DNA of 64,000 bases from the human T2T-CHM13v2.0 reference genome, Homo sapiens: NCBI RefSeq assembly GCF_009914755.1, contig NC_060937.1. One strand, 5' to 3'. A program made the translations under genes and the position numbers. Below the pieces are notes generated by a model. That model saw only the letters and a list, made by a program, of their open reading frames with translations, was not told the DNA's origin and searched no databases. This document shows, piece by piece, positions 11,631 through 26,727 of the stretch; within the stretch, counting starts at the first letter, position 1; each line of letters starts with the position of its first letter.

Positions 11631-13349
11631 GGGGAAGGGAGGTGAGATGATTAGGCATGATTCAAATTCAAAGTGTCATTATTTTGTGTCTAAAAATAAT
11701 CTTGATTTAGGAATAAAATTAATTTGGAAGCTCAATCTTTGGTAATCATCTTCCCATACTTAAAAAAAGGCATAGTTTTAATCAAAATCTCATTCTAACT
11801 ATAATTCAATGAAGTAAAAATGGAATTTCCATTCATCTTTGAAGTAATACAGCCACAGTTCATTTTTTTCTTTTTAGTTTTTCTTTTTTTTCCTTAATAA
11901 CACATTATGTGTTAAAAGGTTAACTTTGTGGAATGGAGTAATATAAACAAATACAGATATTGAGCCTACTTTTTTTGTTGTTTCGCATGAAATATTTGTG
12001 AAACACTTTAAATCGCTTCTCTAAAGAATCGATAAGCTATGTTTTCTGGTTGAAATAACTTTTCAGGTTGTTTCTGCAAAATTCCATCTATATTTTTGTT
12101 CAAGAACTCATCAGTTAAAGAAGATCTTAGTACTCCCCAAATTTAAAAAAAAAAATCCTGGATATTTAAGGCTATGGCAAGGAAAAAAAAAATCACTGAG
12201 TTCGTTGTAATCCCCAAAACTAATGTAACAGATTCATTAACTGTGGAAATCTTCATGAGGAGTTGAAGTTGGTATCTGAGAAATATCTGGGTCTATGTAC
12301 CTTCGAAAAAAAGGAAAACATTCTTTAAAATAGGTAAGAGTTTATAATCTTGGGAACTTAGATCATATCTGTCAAAAAAAAAAGTTACACTCAGGGTTTT
12401 TGGTGAATGAAGAGTTTGGGCTGGAAAGGAACTCTATCAATATTTATTTCGAACTGTCCAGAGGAAAGGAAGACCGCATAGTCCAGTTAGCAGGTATGTA
12501 CTCTGTATAGAGAAGTAGGACTAATTCTCTTAATTTTAACATAAGCCCTATTAAAGTTTCCCGTAAGACCTACAAATACTCATATTAGACTGTATACTCA
12601 CCAAGGAAACTTTTGATTATTCATTCGATTTCCCCGGACCCTTGATACTGGGGACGGATGTACCCTGTAGACAGAGAAGAATAATCCAGTCATTGAAAAA
12701 GCATATTCCCAATTGCAAATTTAAAAAAATGGCATGTTTTATAAATAATTTCTTTTAGAATTGCTTAATACAAAATCCCCAGAACTTGAACCCCTCTTAG
12801 TAAATGATGCAATTAAATTCCTACGCCTGCAAATCTGTGGTCCTTTTTTCCTTCTTAACCACTCTCAAGACAACAGGTCTGTCATAATGTTCACTCTGAA
12901 GACTCCCAGAGGCAGGACTGATGCATTCATTCAGTCCAACAAAAGTGACTGAATACCTAACCCTTGCCAGGTACAAGGGTGGGTAAAAGTTATCTAAGGT
13001 ATGGTGCCTGAGTTCAGTGAGCCCTCTTTGTACCTGTTCCCATGAGGGTGGGCACAAAGAGGTGTCTAAGTGCCCTCTCCTTCATTCTACCACATTTAAA
13101 ACTCTAGGAAGCAAACAACGTTATTCAAATGTGCTGTGACAGAATCTGCAGGCACAGGGAAGGAAGGAAGGGTGAACAGGTACTCCTAGGAGGAGTACAT
13201 TCTGGAAGTGATGTGCTACACTGGACTTTGAAGAAAGTAAAGTCAATTCAAAATTTTAGCCAGATAAAGGAGAAGTGAAGAATATATTGCTTTCCAAGCT
13301 TCCAGGATTGGACTTATCCACTGGAAACAGCTTAAAGCTTCCGGGAACT

Positions 13350-14240
13350 GCTGTTATCTTCTAATCAAAGCCTAGCTAGTAAACCTCCGCCTCTTTGTGG
13401 GTCACTAACCGGCAAAACAATACGCCCTACTTCCGGCTGCCAGCTTCCTGTTATGGTCTGTCTTTAGCCAGGATTTGTGAGATCCAAGCAGTCTTAGCTT
13501 GTATTACCTTCACCCTTTATGCTTCATACATTGCTCTTATTTACAAGAAAAAAAATGGGGATATAAAACTGGTCTTAAAGTCCAGTTAGAACCAAGGTTT
13601 GTAAGAAACCCAGTTCTCTGTAGTTGTTTAATAAGTGAAAATCATTCCAAAACAGATAATGCAGTTCCAGCCCCGCCTAAGGGCCAACTGCAGTCTTTCC
13701 CTAAACCCAGAGCCAGACTGCACTTTGCACTCGGAAGGCTTATTTCTTCCAACATCCCTTATTAACATTCTTTTCCTCACAGCGCTTCTCAATGGCTGCT
13801 GCAGCTGAGCTGCTCAGCACAGATTTTCTGCTCGGCATGGGGGAGGGGGTGTTAATTATGCAGAAAGATGGAGAGAGGCCAGACAGCCCCTCTGGTGAAC
13901 TGTCTCATTCAAGCACGGCCCACTTCCTGCTGTTTTGCAGCTACAAGGATCACCTGTTGGTCTCGGCGTCCAGCCAAACTGGGGCCTAGTGGAAATGACA
14001 GACTCAGCTAGAAATGAAAGCCAGTTCATAATCCAGTATCCTAAATTGGACAAAGAGGGGGAAAATGCAATAATAGTACATAAAAATTATACGAAAGGCA
14101 GCAAGCGTAATTTTTTCCTCTTTTATTCTTTTACTTTTTTACTTTCTGTCTGCTTGAAATACAATCCTTAAAATGGATATTTGAGCCAAAAAAGTTCTCC
14201 CCAGTTAAAGCCCCCTGACCTAAGAGGAAGTGCAGGAAAT
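13350..14240. promoter_or_regulatory. Candidate enhancer (repeat-poor, GC/CpG-elevated, ETS motif cluster)
   Basis: ACTTCCGG at about 13429, CACTTCCTG at 13921, AGAGGAAGTG at about 14223, IRF-like GAAATGAAAG at 14011; higher GC than the flanks. Motif-level evidence only. Confidence 0.35.
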
Positions 14241-15734
14241 TCTCCTGAACTTTCCCTATACCCTCACTGGGGTATCAGAATCCTAACTATTTAAATAAAG
14301 TTTAATCAGCCCCAAATACTCACAGTTCTTTAATTTGTTCTCTATCTTTTACACATTTACTTTTTATATTGTCCCCTCCTTAACCCTAGGAGTACAAAGA
14401 AACTATTTCATCATGAAAATTCCACTGGGTGAAGTTTAATGACAGAAGTATTCTCTTATTGATGCTGTTTATTGCATATATTAGTGAAGAAAAAGAGAGT
14501 CTGTTTAATCCATAATTACAACATTGTCTAGGTATTTGTATCTTTTAGGAAAATTTCACTGATCCATAGATCAAATACTGCAAATGGAGAATTTCTATAA
14601 TGGTTTAGCAGTCTCAGGAAAAGAATTCCTTAGGAAAGTCTTTGGAAAAGAAGTCCTGATTGTGTATATGAACAAATAATTACAAGGTTTCCTAAATTAA
14701 AAAGGTAAATCAACAAAGCTTTATTTCTGTCCTCAAAGGGAATAAGTACACTGATAACTTGGCACATACTTCATCTGATAAAGTAGACCATAAGCCTTGC
14801 ACTTCACCAACCCCCTATATATTATTTCTTCAAAAGGATATGGCATGTTTTTTTGAGCTCAGTCTTTAACCTGTGACACTTTTTGCCATCTTCTGCCTTC
14901 TTTCCACATATAGAAGCCAGGCAGGTAGCAACGTCAAAACCTCTGTAGGAGAAACCACCACCTAATCTGCATGTCATGCATTATTCATGACCTCCTGATT
15001 CTTGCACCTGCATCTAGGCAGGAAGCTTGCAGGGAATGTTCATTATTCTTCCCTTAGCCTCACACAGGCTCGATTACTGCTAAGCCACTTTGTTCTGTAA
15101 CTAAGGGGTTCAGGCCTTAGTACTAACTGCTGGATGTGGAAAGAAAAAACACCACGCTGAACAAAAGGGCAATCTTGGTTGTTGTGTAACATGTATTGAA
15201 TGTGCTCTTCTGAGACTGACAGTTTGTCAGGTAGAAATGCTCACATTTGGTGATTTACATTACATAGAAAACAGGGAAGCTATACCATTAGGGCCATGTG
15301 TACCAACTGTTCTATTTATATACACTTACTCATCTGGAGCAGAGAGCATGTTTATAATTTTACCCAGTGCAGAGCTTAATTTAGCTTTCTTGCTAAGCAT
15401 ATGAGAACTTTTTAGATGACTTAATACAAAAACGGCTCTTTCTTCTTTGGGTATAAGCACCAAAGAACCTGACTCTCAAAACCTTGCATCTTAATGACTG
15501 CCATTTATAGTTAATCAAGAGAATACCATCACTCTGGTTTTCAATGTTTTCATAAACCTATCTGAGTGGCACCCCCTGGTGACTGGAGGTGGGATGCAAC
15601 ATCTTGATTCCCAACACAAATCATCAGCACTCATGAATTGCTGGGGGAAGGATACTGGTCCCACTTTACTATCTGCACCACAGAAAAGCTGTGATAACTT
15701 AATGCAATCTTATCATCCCAAATGGAATTAGGAT

Positions 15735-15980
15735 GAAGTGGTTAAGAGTGAAAATTGTGTGACCAGCCTGCCTGACTGAATCCCAGCTTCACCGTTTACC
15801 AACGGTGTCATCTTTGGGCAAGTTATTTAACCTCTCTGTGCCTCAGTTTCCTCATCAGGGCAAATGGAGGTAATAATGGGGCCTATTACCTAGGGCTGCG
15901 AGGTTTAAATCAGTTAACAGCTATAAAATCTTTAGAATGGTGCTCAGTACTTAGGAAGCAGTCAATACATGTTAGCTATT
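15735..15980 (+). mobile_element. MIR (near full length)
   Basis: gtggttaagag...tgggcaagttatttaacctctctgtgcctcagtttcctcatc...gttagctatt. Confidence 0.9.
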
Positions 15981-16329
15981 GTCACTAGCAGTGCTGATTA
16001 GACATGAAAGGATGGGAAGTCAGAGGATAGAGCTGGACTATCCAGGTAATTCCAGGGGATTAAGATTACAAATCTGCTCTACAGAGCCTGCAGTCTTACC
16101 TACTGTGCTTATACAACTTTACTAAAGGCGAGAAAACAAACCAAGAAATAAACATGGGCAGAATAATACAAACCAAAAACTATGGCTTATAAGGTATGGC
16201 TTACTCTCAGGCAGCTCATTTTTCTGCTCTTTATTAGAAGACCTATCTTCTGTGTACTAAACTGCACAGTATTTAAGTTATGACCCATTCAAGAACAAGA
16301 CAGTAATCACGGCAATGCAAATTTGCACC

Positions 16330-16520
16330 CATTTACAGAGCCCTTACTATTTGCTTGGTATCATGCTAAATAATTAAGACATATTATCTTAATTTATCCT
16401 CATGTCATTACTGTCCACATTTTATCTTTGAGAAAATAGGCTTAGAAGATTAGGTAACTTGCTGGGGTCACGTAGGTAGTAAAGAGAAAAGTCAGGATTT
16501 AAACACAGGTACGTCTGACC
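16330..16520 (-). mobile_element. MIR
   Basis: Antisense MIR core ggcttagaagattaggtaacttgc...ggtcac...ggatttaaac. Confidence 0.7.
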
Positions 16521-16869
16521 TGTCTGACCTGTCTTACATCATGGATGATATAAGATTATCATCTGATACTTATATATATTCACCCAGCCCAGAGGATGTA
16601 ATAAGATGAATTAGCACCAGGGTCTTAAATAGGAAATTTTCCATGTATTTAAGCCCAATTGAACATTTTATAATATAAGTAGATATAAAGTGGAAGTAAT
16701 GGTTTTCTTGGACTAAATATGAAGCATGTGGGTACTTATAAGAAGCACAGTCATAATAATATACTTTATCTCTTTAATTGTTTATGAATGTTCCTTGTTA
16801 TATTAGCATTGCTATTTAAATACATAATGTACAACACATGTAAATTTTAGAGGGCAGAAATTAATTCTA

Positions 16870-17485
16870 GCTATAGCCATGCTTCCTCACATTCCATTTT
16901 CTCTAGAATCCAATGTAGTTGGTATCCACACCGCTCTGATGAAACTGCCCTCATCACAGCCATCAATAGTCTCCATGTTTTCAAATCTAATGGTGAATTC
17001 TTAGTCCTCAACTTCTCAGCAGCAACTGACATAAATTATCACTCCATCCTTGAACAGCTTCTTTACTCAGCAGCCAAGACATTCTTCTGGCTTTCCTCCT
17101 TTCTTTCTCCTTTGCTTGAACCTCCTCCTCTCATTCTTTCAAACTCTAAATGTTGGCATGGGCTAGTTGTCACTGTCCTATAACCTTTCCTCTCCACTAT
17201 TTAAACTCACTCTGTAGCTAAAAGAGGCTCCAACTGAGCTACCATCATGACCTTCCCATCCACATCATCACGACTCCCAAATGTCTACCTCCAGCCTTAG
17301 ATCTTCTCTGAAAACCAGACCCAGGTTTCTTAATATCAACCTTTCTCTGAAAGAAACAAACAAAAAAAAAGATGTTCCTTCTGGTATCTTCTCAATTTCA
17401 AAAATGGTGGAATTATTCACTCAGTTGCTCAGGCCAAAAACCCTTAGAATAACATGTGAGTCCACTTGTGCTCACACCCCATAAA
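16870..17485 (+). mobile_element. L2 fragment
   Basis: L2-type pyrimidine-rich segment (cagttgctcaggccaaaaaccctta). Confidence 0.6.
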
Positions 17486-18101
17486 TTAGAGAGGCTGTTT
17501 CATACTGAGAAGAATGAGAATAAATGATTATTCCACAGACCAATGAAATCTTTCTTGTAAGGACATTACTCATCTAGCAAGACTAGATATTTTATACCAA
17601 GATTATAAGAAATTATTATGTACAAATACGTTCTTTTTCTAAAACCATTTAGGTTATATAATCATTAACCTATATCTTAATTAGATTAATGATTAAATGA
17701 TTATCTATACATTGTGCAAAGCATTAAACATAATACATACTTTAACAACTCAGTTTACTACATTTGCTGAAGAAAAGATTAACCTAAAATAACTCCACAA
17801 TTACTAAATATCAGAATTTTCCTATGCAGAATTATATAAAAGATAATTTAAAAATAATTCTTGGTATTGCTTTCTTCTTACACTCGGTTGTACTGAATAC
17901 AAGTTCTCCTGATTATTTAGGTTACTCTAGATGTTATTTTAATATAAACACACTACCCATGACCAAATAAAAATATGAGTGTGACCAGTGTTTAAATTCA
18001 GTGGGCCTATTTTATTCTCAGGTTTTCCTCAGGCCAGTGATTAAATGACTATTAGAAATGCCATATATTTTTAAAAGGTTCTCCATCTGCCTTTATACTA
18101 A

Positions 18102-18479
<378 letters not shown>

Positions 18480-18659
18480 AATATGTGAAATTTTTTTTAA
18501 CTGCTTACTATAACTCTTATTCTAATGTCATAGACACTGAAAGAGAGAAGTTAAACTGTGCTAAAAATATTACATTTTGAAGGAAACATTAATTTCTGAT
18601 ATACACCAACAGAATGAGGAATTCTAAAAAGAGCATTTGGTGTGCAATTATAATGTATT

Positions 18660-21600
18660 AATTAATCCTGGCCCTATCTCCCACCATCCCCACTTGCTCT
18701 CTCTGGGGCAGTGACACTAGATGTTCTCCTCTCTCCCTGCTAAGCTGATTAGCTGATGCTCAACTGTAAGATGCCCTCCCTAACCTCCAGGTCTTGGTGA
18801 ACTTGCTCTTAGTTCTCATGGCACGGGGTACTTAGCATGGGTTAACTCAAGATTATATTTGTTAGTATGTTTAGTTTATTTAACCTGTCTCTCCAACTAG
18901 ACAGCATATTCCAGGGGACAAGGGAACTTTTCTCTTTTTGCTTACTGTCATATCTCCAGTACCTGGTACTAAAGTAGGCACTCAATAAATAGCTGTTGTA
19001 TTATTGGCCTGATTTTCCTACTAAACTACAACTTCCAGGATGGATGCAATGACCATGTCTGTCTAATAAACTATTGCATCCTCAGAGCTTATCATAACAC
19101 ATTGTTCACATATAATAAACATGTAGCATAGATGCATAAACATTTGCTAAACAATGAGTATAGAAAAATATAAAAATGTTTTATGTTTAGAAATCTGAGC
19201 AATCTCAGTGAATTTACTGAAAACCTCCAGAGCACCTAAAGCATCAGTAATTGAACATTATTAATTCAATCCAACAAATTTCACTCAACAGTTACTATAT
19301 GCGAGGTCTTGCATTGTAAGCAAAATAGGATCCCTGCCCTCAGGCAGCTTACAGTCCAGTTGAGATAAACAGGTAGTAACTATTACAAAATAAGATAGGA
19401 AAATTATAAGAGATTTCAAATTTCATAAAAGTTAAAACAGGGTTAGAATGAATTCAAACTGTGAAATACCAGAGAAGGTTTCCAGGAGGAAGAGACTTTT
19501 AGGCTAGGACAAAAAGAATAGGTACAATTTTCATAGGCAAAATTGAACAATGGTAGGAAAGCACTCCAAGAAGAGGAGCTAAGTTACTCACCTAAGTATG
19601 AAAGTGAATACAAGGTATGAAGTGAATAATATGGCATGGCCAGAGGGGAGAGATTCTTGCAAGTATTTGCGGGAGACAAGCTTGATGTTAAGATGGGATT
19701 AAGATGCACATATCAATACATAAATGTCTAAGGAGTCGGGAACTGGGTCACAGAGCTGTGCAGCCACATCAGCCTTTCTTCTATTGCTCAGAGCCATATA
19801 TACAACCTGTCTTTTACTTAACCAACATTTATTGTGCACCTATTACTTACTCATTAATTCAAATATTAGTTGAATCTCTACTGTGCCAGGCACTGTTCTA
19901 AGTTCTTAAGTGTGTTCCAGGCTCCTATGTGCTATGAAGTGTGTGAGGGGAGGGGATGCTACAAGGATTCAAACACAGTTCCTGACTTGAAGAAGCCAGC
20001 ACTGCAAGGTGAGCTTAGACAAATAATTGACCATGATGGTGCCATGTGATAAACAGCTGCAGGGGCAGATAAACTGCCATGGGGCATCTGAATTAAGCTT
20101 TGGAGTGAACATGGGAGTTTCCGTAGGACAATGAAGGAGGTACACTTTAAAGGATACATTTCTCAGATGTGGAAAAGGAAAGGGGAATTCTGGAGATATG
20201 AAAAAGCACCAAAGGGTAGGAATGTGTCCAATAGCAAAACCACAAATTGGTGTAGACAACCAGAGGGAAAGGTTTAGCGAGCCTGGAGGGGCAGGAGATT
20301 ACAGGTGTTGTGTGTTGTGGTAAATGGTTAACTCAAACAGAATTAAAGGACAGCCATCAAAGGATTTTAAGATTGGAACTGGCACAGTCGGATTTGTATA
20401 CCAGAAAAATCACCTTGGCAGCAGTACAGAGGGTGGTCTGAGGGGAATGCAAGGCACAGGAGGCCATGGGAGGACACCTGCAATAATGTCACAAAGCGGG
20501 ATTCAGATGGACACAGCAGGAATGACGGTGGGTCGAGGGAGGAGTGAGAAGAAGATGGACACAGATTAGGCGTATCTGCAGGATCTGGTCTAAGTACATG
20601 TGAGGTGTGGGTAAGTGAGGCAGAAGTAAGGTAACAATTTTTGGATGACATCCAGGGTTCTGATGTGGGTAATCAAAGAAGCCAGTATAGGGAATAAAGG
20701 AGGAGGATCATGTTTCTGGATTAAAAAAGAATACAAGTTTTTAACTGTCAGATGCACATACACATCTGGGGTTCAGCAGACAATTCTGAGAAGAGCTAGA
20801 GACCTGAGTATCCTTAGCATATAAATCATAGGTGAGCCCTGAGCTTCATGGAGGCAGAATTTAAGTGAGAAGACCACCAGACCAGGGCCAGGACCCCAGA
20901 GAACAGGACATCTTCTCGATTGACTTTAAACCTCTCTTCCCACTCATTCAGAGAATACCAGGGATCTCACTGGATGGAAGGTTGGAGTTTCATGACTCAT
21001 TTCAGGCTCATATGATCTCATGACCAACGTCAGGACAGAAAAGAGTGTCTCCACCCTTTCTTCGATGTCAGAAAGGCAAAAAACAATCTGCTTTTCCTTC
21101 AGTGTTGCTTTGAGCAGTCATTAACACCAGTATCAATTCTGTTAAACAACCCAGAAACCCAGGAGTTACCCTGGTCTGAACTCTTTCCATATCCACAAAC
21201 AGGGATGGCTATGACACTATGTCCATTATATCTGTGTTCCATTTCCACAGTTACTCACCTATTTTAACCCATTCCTCTTTTTTAAGACCTCCCCTAATCC
21301 CTTGGCTGCACTATAGCATAGTGATATTTTTCAGCTCCACTGTCCCTTTAATGGCTTTCCATTGCTTTTGAAGTTGACCCAAATCTCAACACGGCCCGAA
21401 TGCCTATCAGCCAGCCACTCACCTCTCCAAGCTTCATGATGCTACAACATCCCCTTCTGTTTTCTGTTTCTTGCTCTCAGCTCAGTGTCTGTGCATATGC
21501 TGGTCCTTTTATTCACAGCCCCCCTTACCAGCCCCACCTAGTTTACTCCTACCCCTTCCTCAGCTCCGCAGTTCAAATGTCACTTCTCTCCCTCCAACTC

Positions 21601-21800
21601 ACCAAACTGGATCATGTCTCCACCTTACAGATTCTCATCATTCCCTGCATTGCCCTTCATAGCACTTAGAAGGCTTATAATTATATGGAGAGTGATTATT
21701 TGATAAAAAGTAAGAACTATTTCTCCCTAGCTCACCACTTTATGCCTAGTACCAGGCCGTATGTCCAATACAAAGTAGGCACACATTACATACTGTTCTA
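18660..21800. mobile_element. Cluster of L2 fragments in both orientations
   Basis: Plus-strand L2 tails (gtaggcactcaataaat about 18975, gtaggcacacat about 21775) and minus-strand tails (about 19265, 19820, 19855); boundaries approximate. Confidence 0.55.
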
Positions 21801-21890
21801 TAAATAAAAAGAGATGATGAGAACTCACAATAGTAGTCTTATTTTACCTAAAGATGTGTTGCTGCAATAATTTGGAAAAATAAGTAAGTC

Positions 21891-21976
21891 AATATATGTG
21901 TGTGTATACATATACATATACAAACTATATATATATACACACACACACACACACATCTATATATATATATATATAG
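21891..21976. repeat. Compound (TA)n/(CA)n/(TG)n microsatellite
   Basis: Seen directly. Confidence 0.9.
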
Positions 21977-22149
21977 ATTATACATTAAAAAGATACAGTA
22001 CAAAATGTAAGAGAAGGTGACTGAAAAATGATGTACCTTAAAGAAAAGCTTTGGCCCTACAGGAGATGTGGGTTCTTTGGACCTGCATCGGCCCACACCT
22101 GGAACCATCCCAAGCCAGAATGTCAGGGCAGATCCATCCGTCACTTCCT

Positions 22150-22370
22150 CACCACCACAGAAATTAGTGGACACAGTGGGAAAACTGGTGAAATCCAAAT
22201 GAGGTCAGTAGTTTTGTTAATTGTTCGAGCAACGATAATTTATCGGTTTGAATAATTATACTATGAGGATGTAAGATATTAACATTAGAAAAATTGGGTG
22301 AAAGGTATATGTGAATTCTCTATAATAATTTTGCAACTTTTACATTCTCAAGTTATTTCAAAATAAAATA
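22150..22370 (+). mobile_element. Old L1M 3' fragment
   Basis: gtaagatattaacatt...gggtgaaaggtatatgtgaattctc...ttttgcaactttt...ttcaaaataaaa. Confidence 0.55.
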
Positions 22371-22567
22371 ATTTTCAAGTGCCAGGGCTTTGCTGGGATA
22401 ATAATATAAGCAATACAGATCTATTAGAAATTATTTTTTCTGTATTTTATTTTGTGATAGAGTTTTTCATTCAACAGTTATTATCAATAACAATCTATAC
22501 ATGTTTACAAATATAAAGTATATGTGTGTGTGTCTGTGTGTGCATATATATGTACCTTCTCTCGCAT

Positions 22568-22889
<322 letters not shown>

Positions 22890-25079
22890 TAAAAACTGAT
22901 TAATTCCACCTTTATTTTCATGGTTTTCTGCATGAACTGAGTACAGAATTACTAATAAATGGAATGCTGAAGAGTGGTAGAAAGAAAAGAGTAAAAGAAA
23001 AAGAGATGAAGGCATTTTCAAAGGTTGATAAAATAATGCTATGGTAAGTTTTGGGGAAATTTAGATTATGTGTACAGAGAAATACAACCTATATCATGGA
23101 ACTGACATTTATCTAGGTTATACAGATCCCAAATTTTGCTTTGACCTGAGATATCCTGATAATTGCTTCAATTTTCCACTTTCCTTTTCATGGATATAAA
23201 TATATTATTTTTCAGTGTTCAGTAAATGGTACATTAAGGTTCTAGTTCTTTATTACATGAACTGAACTACTTTATTTAGTTGTTAGAGTGGATTGAGTTG
23301 GAGACACTTCATGAACTGGCAGACATTCTGATTGGTAGTTATGCTATTAGTCCCACTGGTAACACCATTTATTTGGTGAGCTCTGTTGAGAAAAAGTAAT
23401 AAGTAGTTGAGGAATTACTTCAAATGCCTTTGCTATCTCTGGCTGCATTAATTTTGAGATGCCTCATTTAGGCTATAAAAAGAGGCAAAGTTAAAGTATA
23501 TAATACAGACATTCTGTCACCTCAAATTGGACCTATTACAATTTAGCATTCTCTCAAGAAGGTGTTATAGCTCACTAAGCTGTACCACTTTTCCTTTGAA
23601 TAGAACAAAATTTTACGTCGTTTGGTTCACAGGCATAATGAAAGTGGCATAAACTAGATTCTAAAGATGATAAGCCATCTCTAAGGAAAAAATGTAGCTT
23701 ACATTTCACTTCCAATAAAATTTCAAATGCTAGAAAACTTTCAATCTATAAATTAAATGTGACTATTATTATTATTTAAAATAATGTGTTAAAAAGAAAT
23801 GGATTTATGTAGGTGTGTGTGTATTTAAGTCTCAGTTTGTTTTTCTTTAAGTGGACACCAAATAAATCAAAAGGAATGGTATCCAAGAGATGGATTCAGT
23901 ACTGAATCACAGAGCGGTCTGATCCGTAAACAGCTGTAGTAGCAGTTTCCTCACTGCCAATACTGACAGCCAAGAAGCTTGGAGAACTTCAAGGCAAAGA
24001 AGCCAGGACCTGACCTACCAGCTTATACAGAGACACTTTATTTCAGGCCTTGGCATCTGAGTGTAAGAGCTGCCAAACACATAAATCAGTACCCACAAGG
24101 CTAAAGGTACTTGTGGAGATTGGCAAGAAGCTTATGAAGTATCACATGCCAGCCCACCAATAGGATTGGACAAATAGCAATGCACCCACCATACAAGCAC
24201 TTTCAAAATGCACCGGGACTCTCACATTTGACCAACATCATTTATAGTAGTCACATTCAAATTCACTGTTCTCCCCTCTGCCCCACTTCCAGCCACTGGT
24301 GTTTGGTTTCCACTGCTTCATGCAGGACAAGCCAAAGAGGGTACAGAGTTTACCCTGCAGAAACACATATTGGTTATTACTATATTAACAAAATAGCCAA
24401 ATTAAAGCACATCTGGTTGTTATTTTGGTTATTTTTGGTATGAATCACTACATCATTGTTCTGGTTGCTTATGAAGCACTCTACCATTGTGATTTTAAAA
24501 AAATACATGAACAGGAAGGAACTGATTAAAATGCACCTGCCAATCAATTTAGGTAATACTAAAGAAAAACTAAGACATAGCCTCTGATCTTAAAAAAAGA
24601 CAACAGTCCAATTGGGGAAGTATACAATAGTCTCAGAAAGGTTAAACAACAACAACATAAGATTAAGAACACCCAATTCTGCAAACAGAAGAAGAGTTGG
24701 AAGGCAGCAGACAACTAAACAGTAAAGAAATCATGGAAATATGATTACTTCGAGAGGTCAGAAGAGAGAAAAATTCCTTCCAGTGAATGGTGTGAGATTT
24801 GGGCTGGGTGTCCTAAGATACAGCTTTTGTGCAGGCGTGGAGAGGCAGCCAGGTATATGAGTGAAGAAAGACGTATGTGCAAAAAGGAAGAGGAGATGAT
24901 TGGTTGAGTGCATGACTACCTTAATGGGAAGAAGGAGTTCATGCTAAGGGGGTACATCCCAGAAGGTACAATGTCCTTGATGATGCAATCGATGTTTTGA
25001 GATTTTTCTCTCTTGAAAGTGGAAGATTTCGCTTCAGATGAATAACATACAAGATAGTGTCATATAAGAATTCAGTGGC

Positions 25080-25380
<301 letters not shown>

Positions 25381-25474
25381 AAGAATTCAATGGCAAACGG
25401 GTGTGCAAATGGACTAGAAATGAAAAAGACTAATATCTAGGTAATCTTTCCCTTCCTCCTCTTTCCCTCCCTTA

Positions 25475-25840
<366 letters not shown>

Positions 25841-26003
25841 TCAAAGGAGCCAATGGAAAAGGAGCTCCTGAAAATGCTTGAGGGAAAAACTGAGTGACAT
25901 AGAATAGGCATGACAGTGTTCCATGACACTTGGCAGTTACACAAACACAAGTGTTTTCCTAAAGCAAGAGCTTCCATGAACTTTGTACTGTGCTAAGAGT
26001 TTC

Positions 26004-26317
26004 TTTTTTGTTTTTCTTGAGTCAGGGTCTCCCTCTGTATGACTCCCCGGTCATAGAGGCTGGAGCGCACGTGGTGCAATCACGGCTCTGCAGCCTTGAC
26101 CTCTTAGGCTCAAGCGATCCCTCTGCCTCAGCCTCCCGAGTAGCTGGGACTACAAGCGCCTGCCACCACGCCCCGTTAGTTATTTTATTTTTTGTAGAGA
26201 TGAGGTGAGGCCTCCCTGTGTTGCCTAGGCTAGTCTCGAACACCTGGGCTCAAGTGGTCTGCCTGTCTCGGCCTCCGAAAGTGCTGGGATTACAAGCGTG
26301 AGCCACTGCGCCTGGCC
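26004..26317 (-). mobile_element. AluJ
   Basis: Antisense Alu; 15-bp TSD tgtgctaagagtttc at 25989-26003 and 26318-26332. Confidence 0.95.
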
Positions 26318-26339
26318 TGTGCTAAGAGTTTCACTAGAG

Positions 26340-26495
26340 AGCCTCACCAAACAACAGCCTGTCACGCAGGTATTATTCTCACTTTGCCAACGAGAAACGC
26401 AAGCTTAGAGAGGTTATGTACCTAACCCAAGGTCACATACCATGGTTGAAACTCAAGTCCAGGCCTGAGGGACTACCATGCCACACTCTTAAACA
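26340..26495 (-). mobile_element. MIR
   Basis: gagaaacgcaagcttagagaggttatgtacctaacccaaggtcaca. Confidence 0.7.
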
Positions 26496-26727
26496 ACACC
26501 TTACTTTGTTTATTTTAAGAGCAAAGAAGCAGCTCTTTTAAAAAATGTTAAGTAGACATAAGCTAGAATGACAGAATGTGTGGCAAATATTATAGTTTCA
26601 TATTTACCAAACAGTGGTGCTGTTTGCAGTTAAGGATTAGTTTAGAAGTCATAAACTAGTCTGGGCTATTTAAATGACCATCTAATTTATCAATACACAG
26701 CATATAATATACATATTAGTCTGCCTA

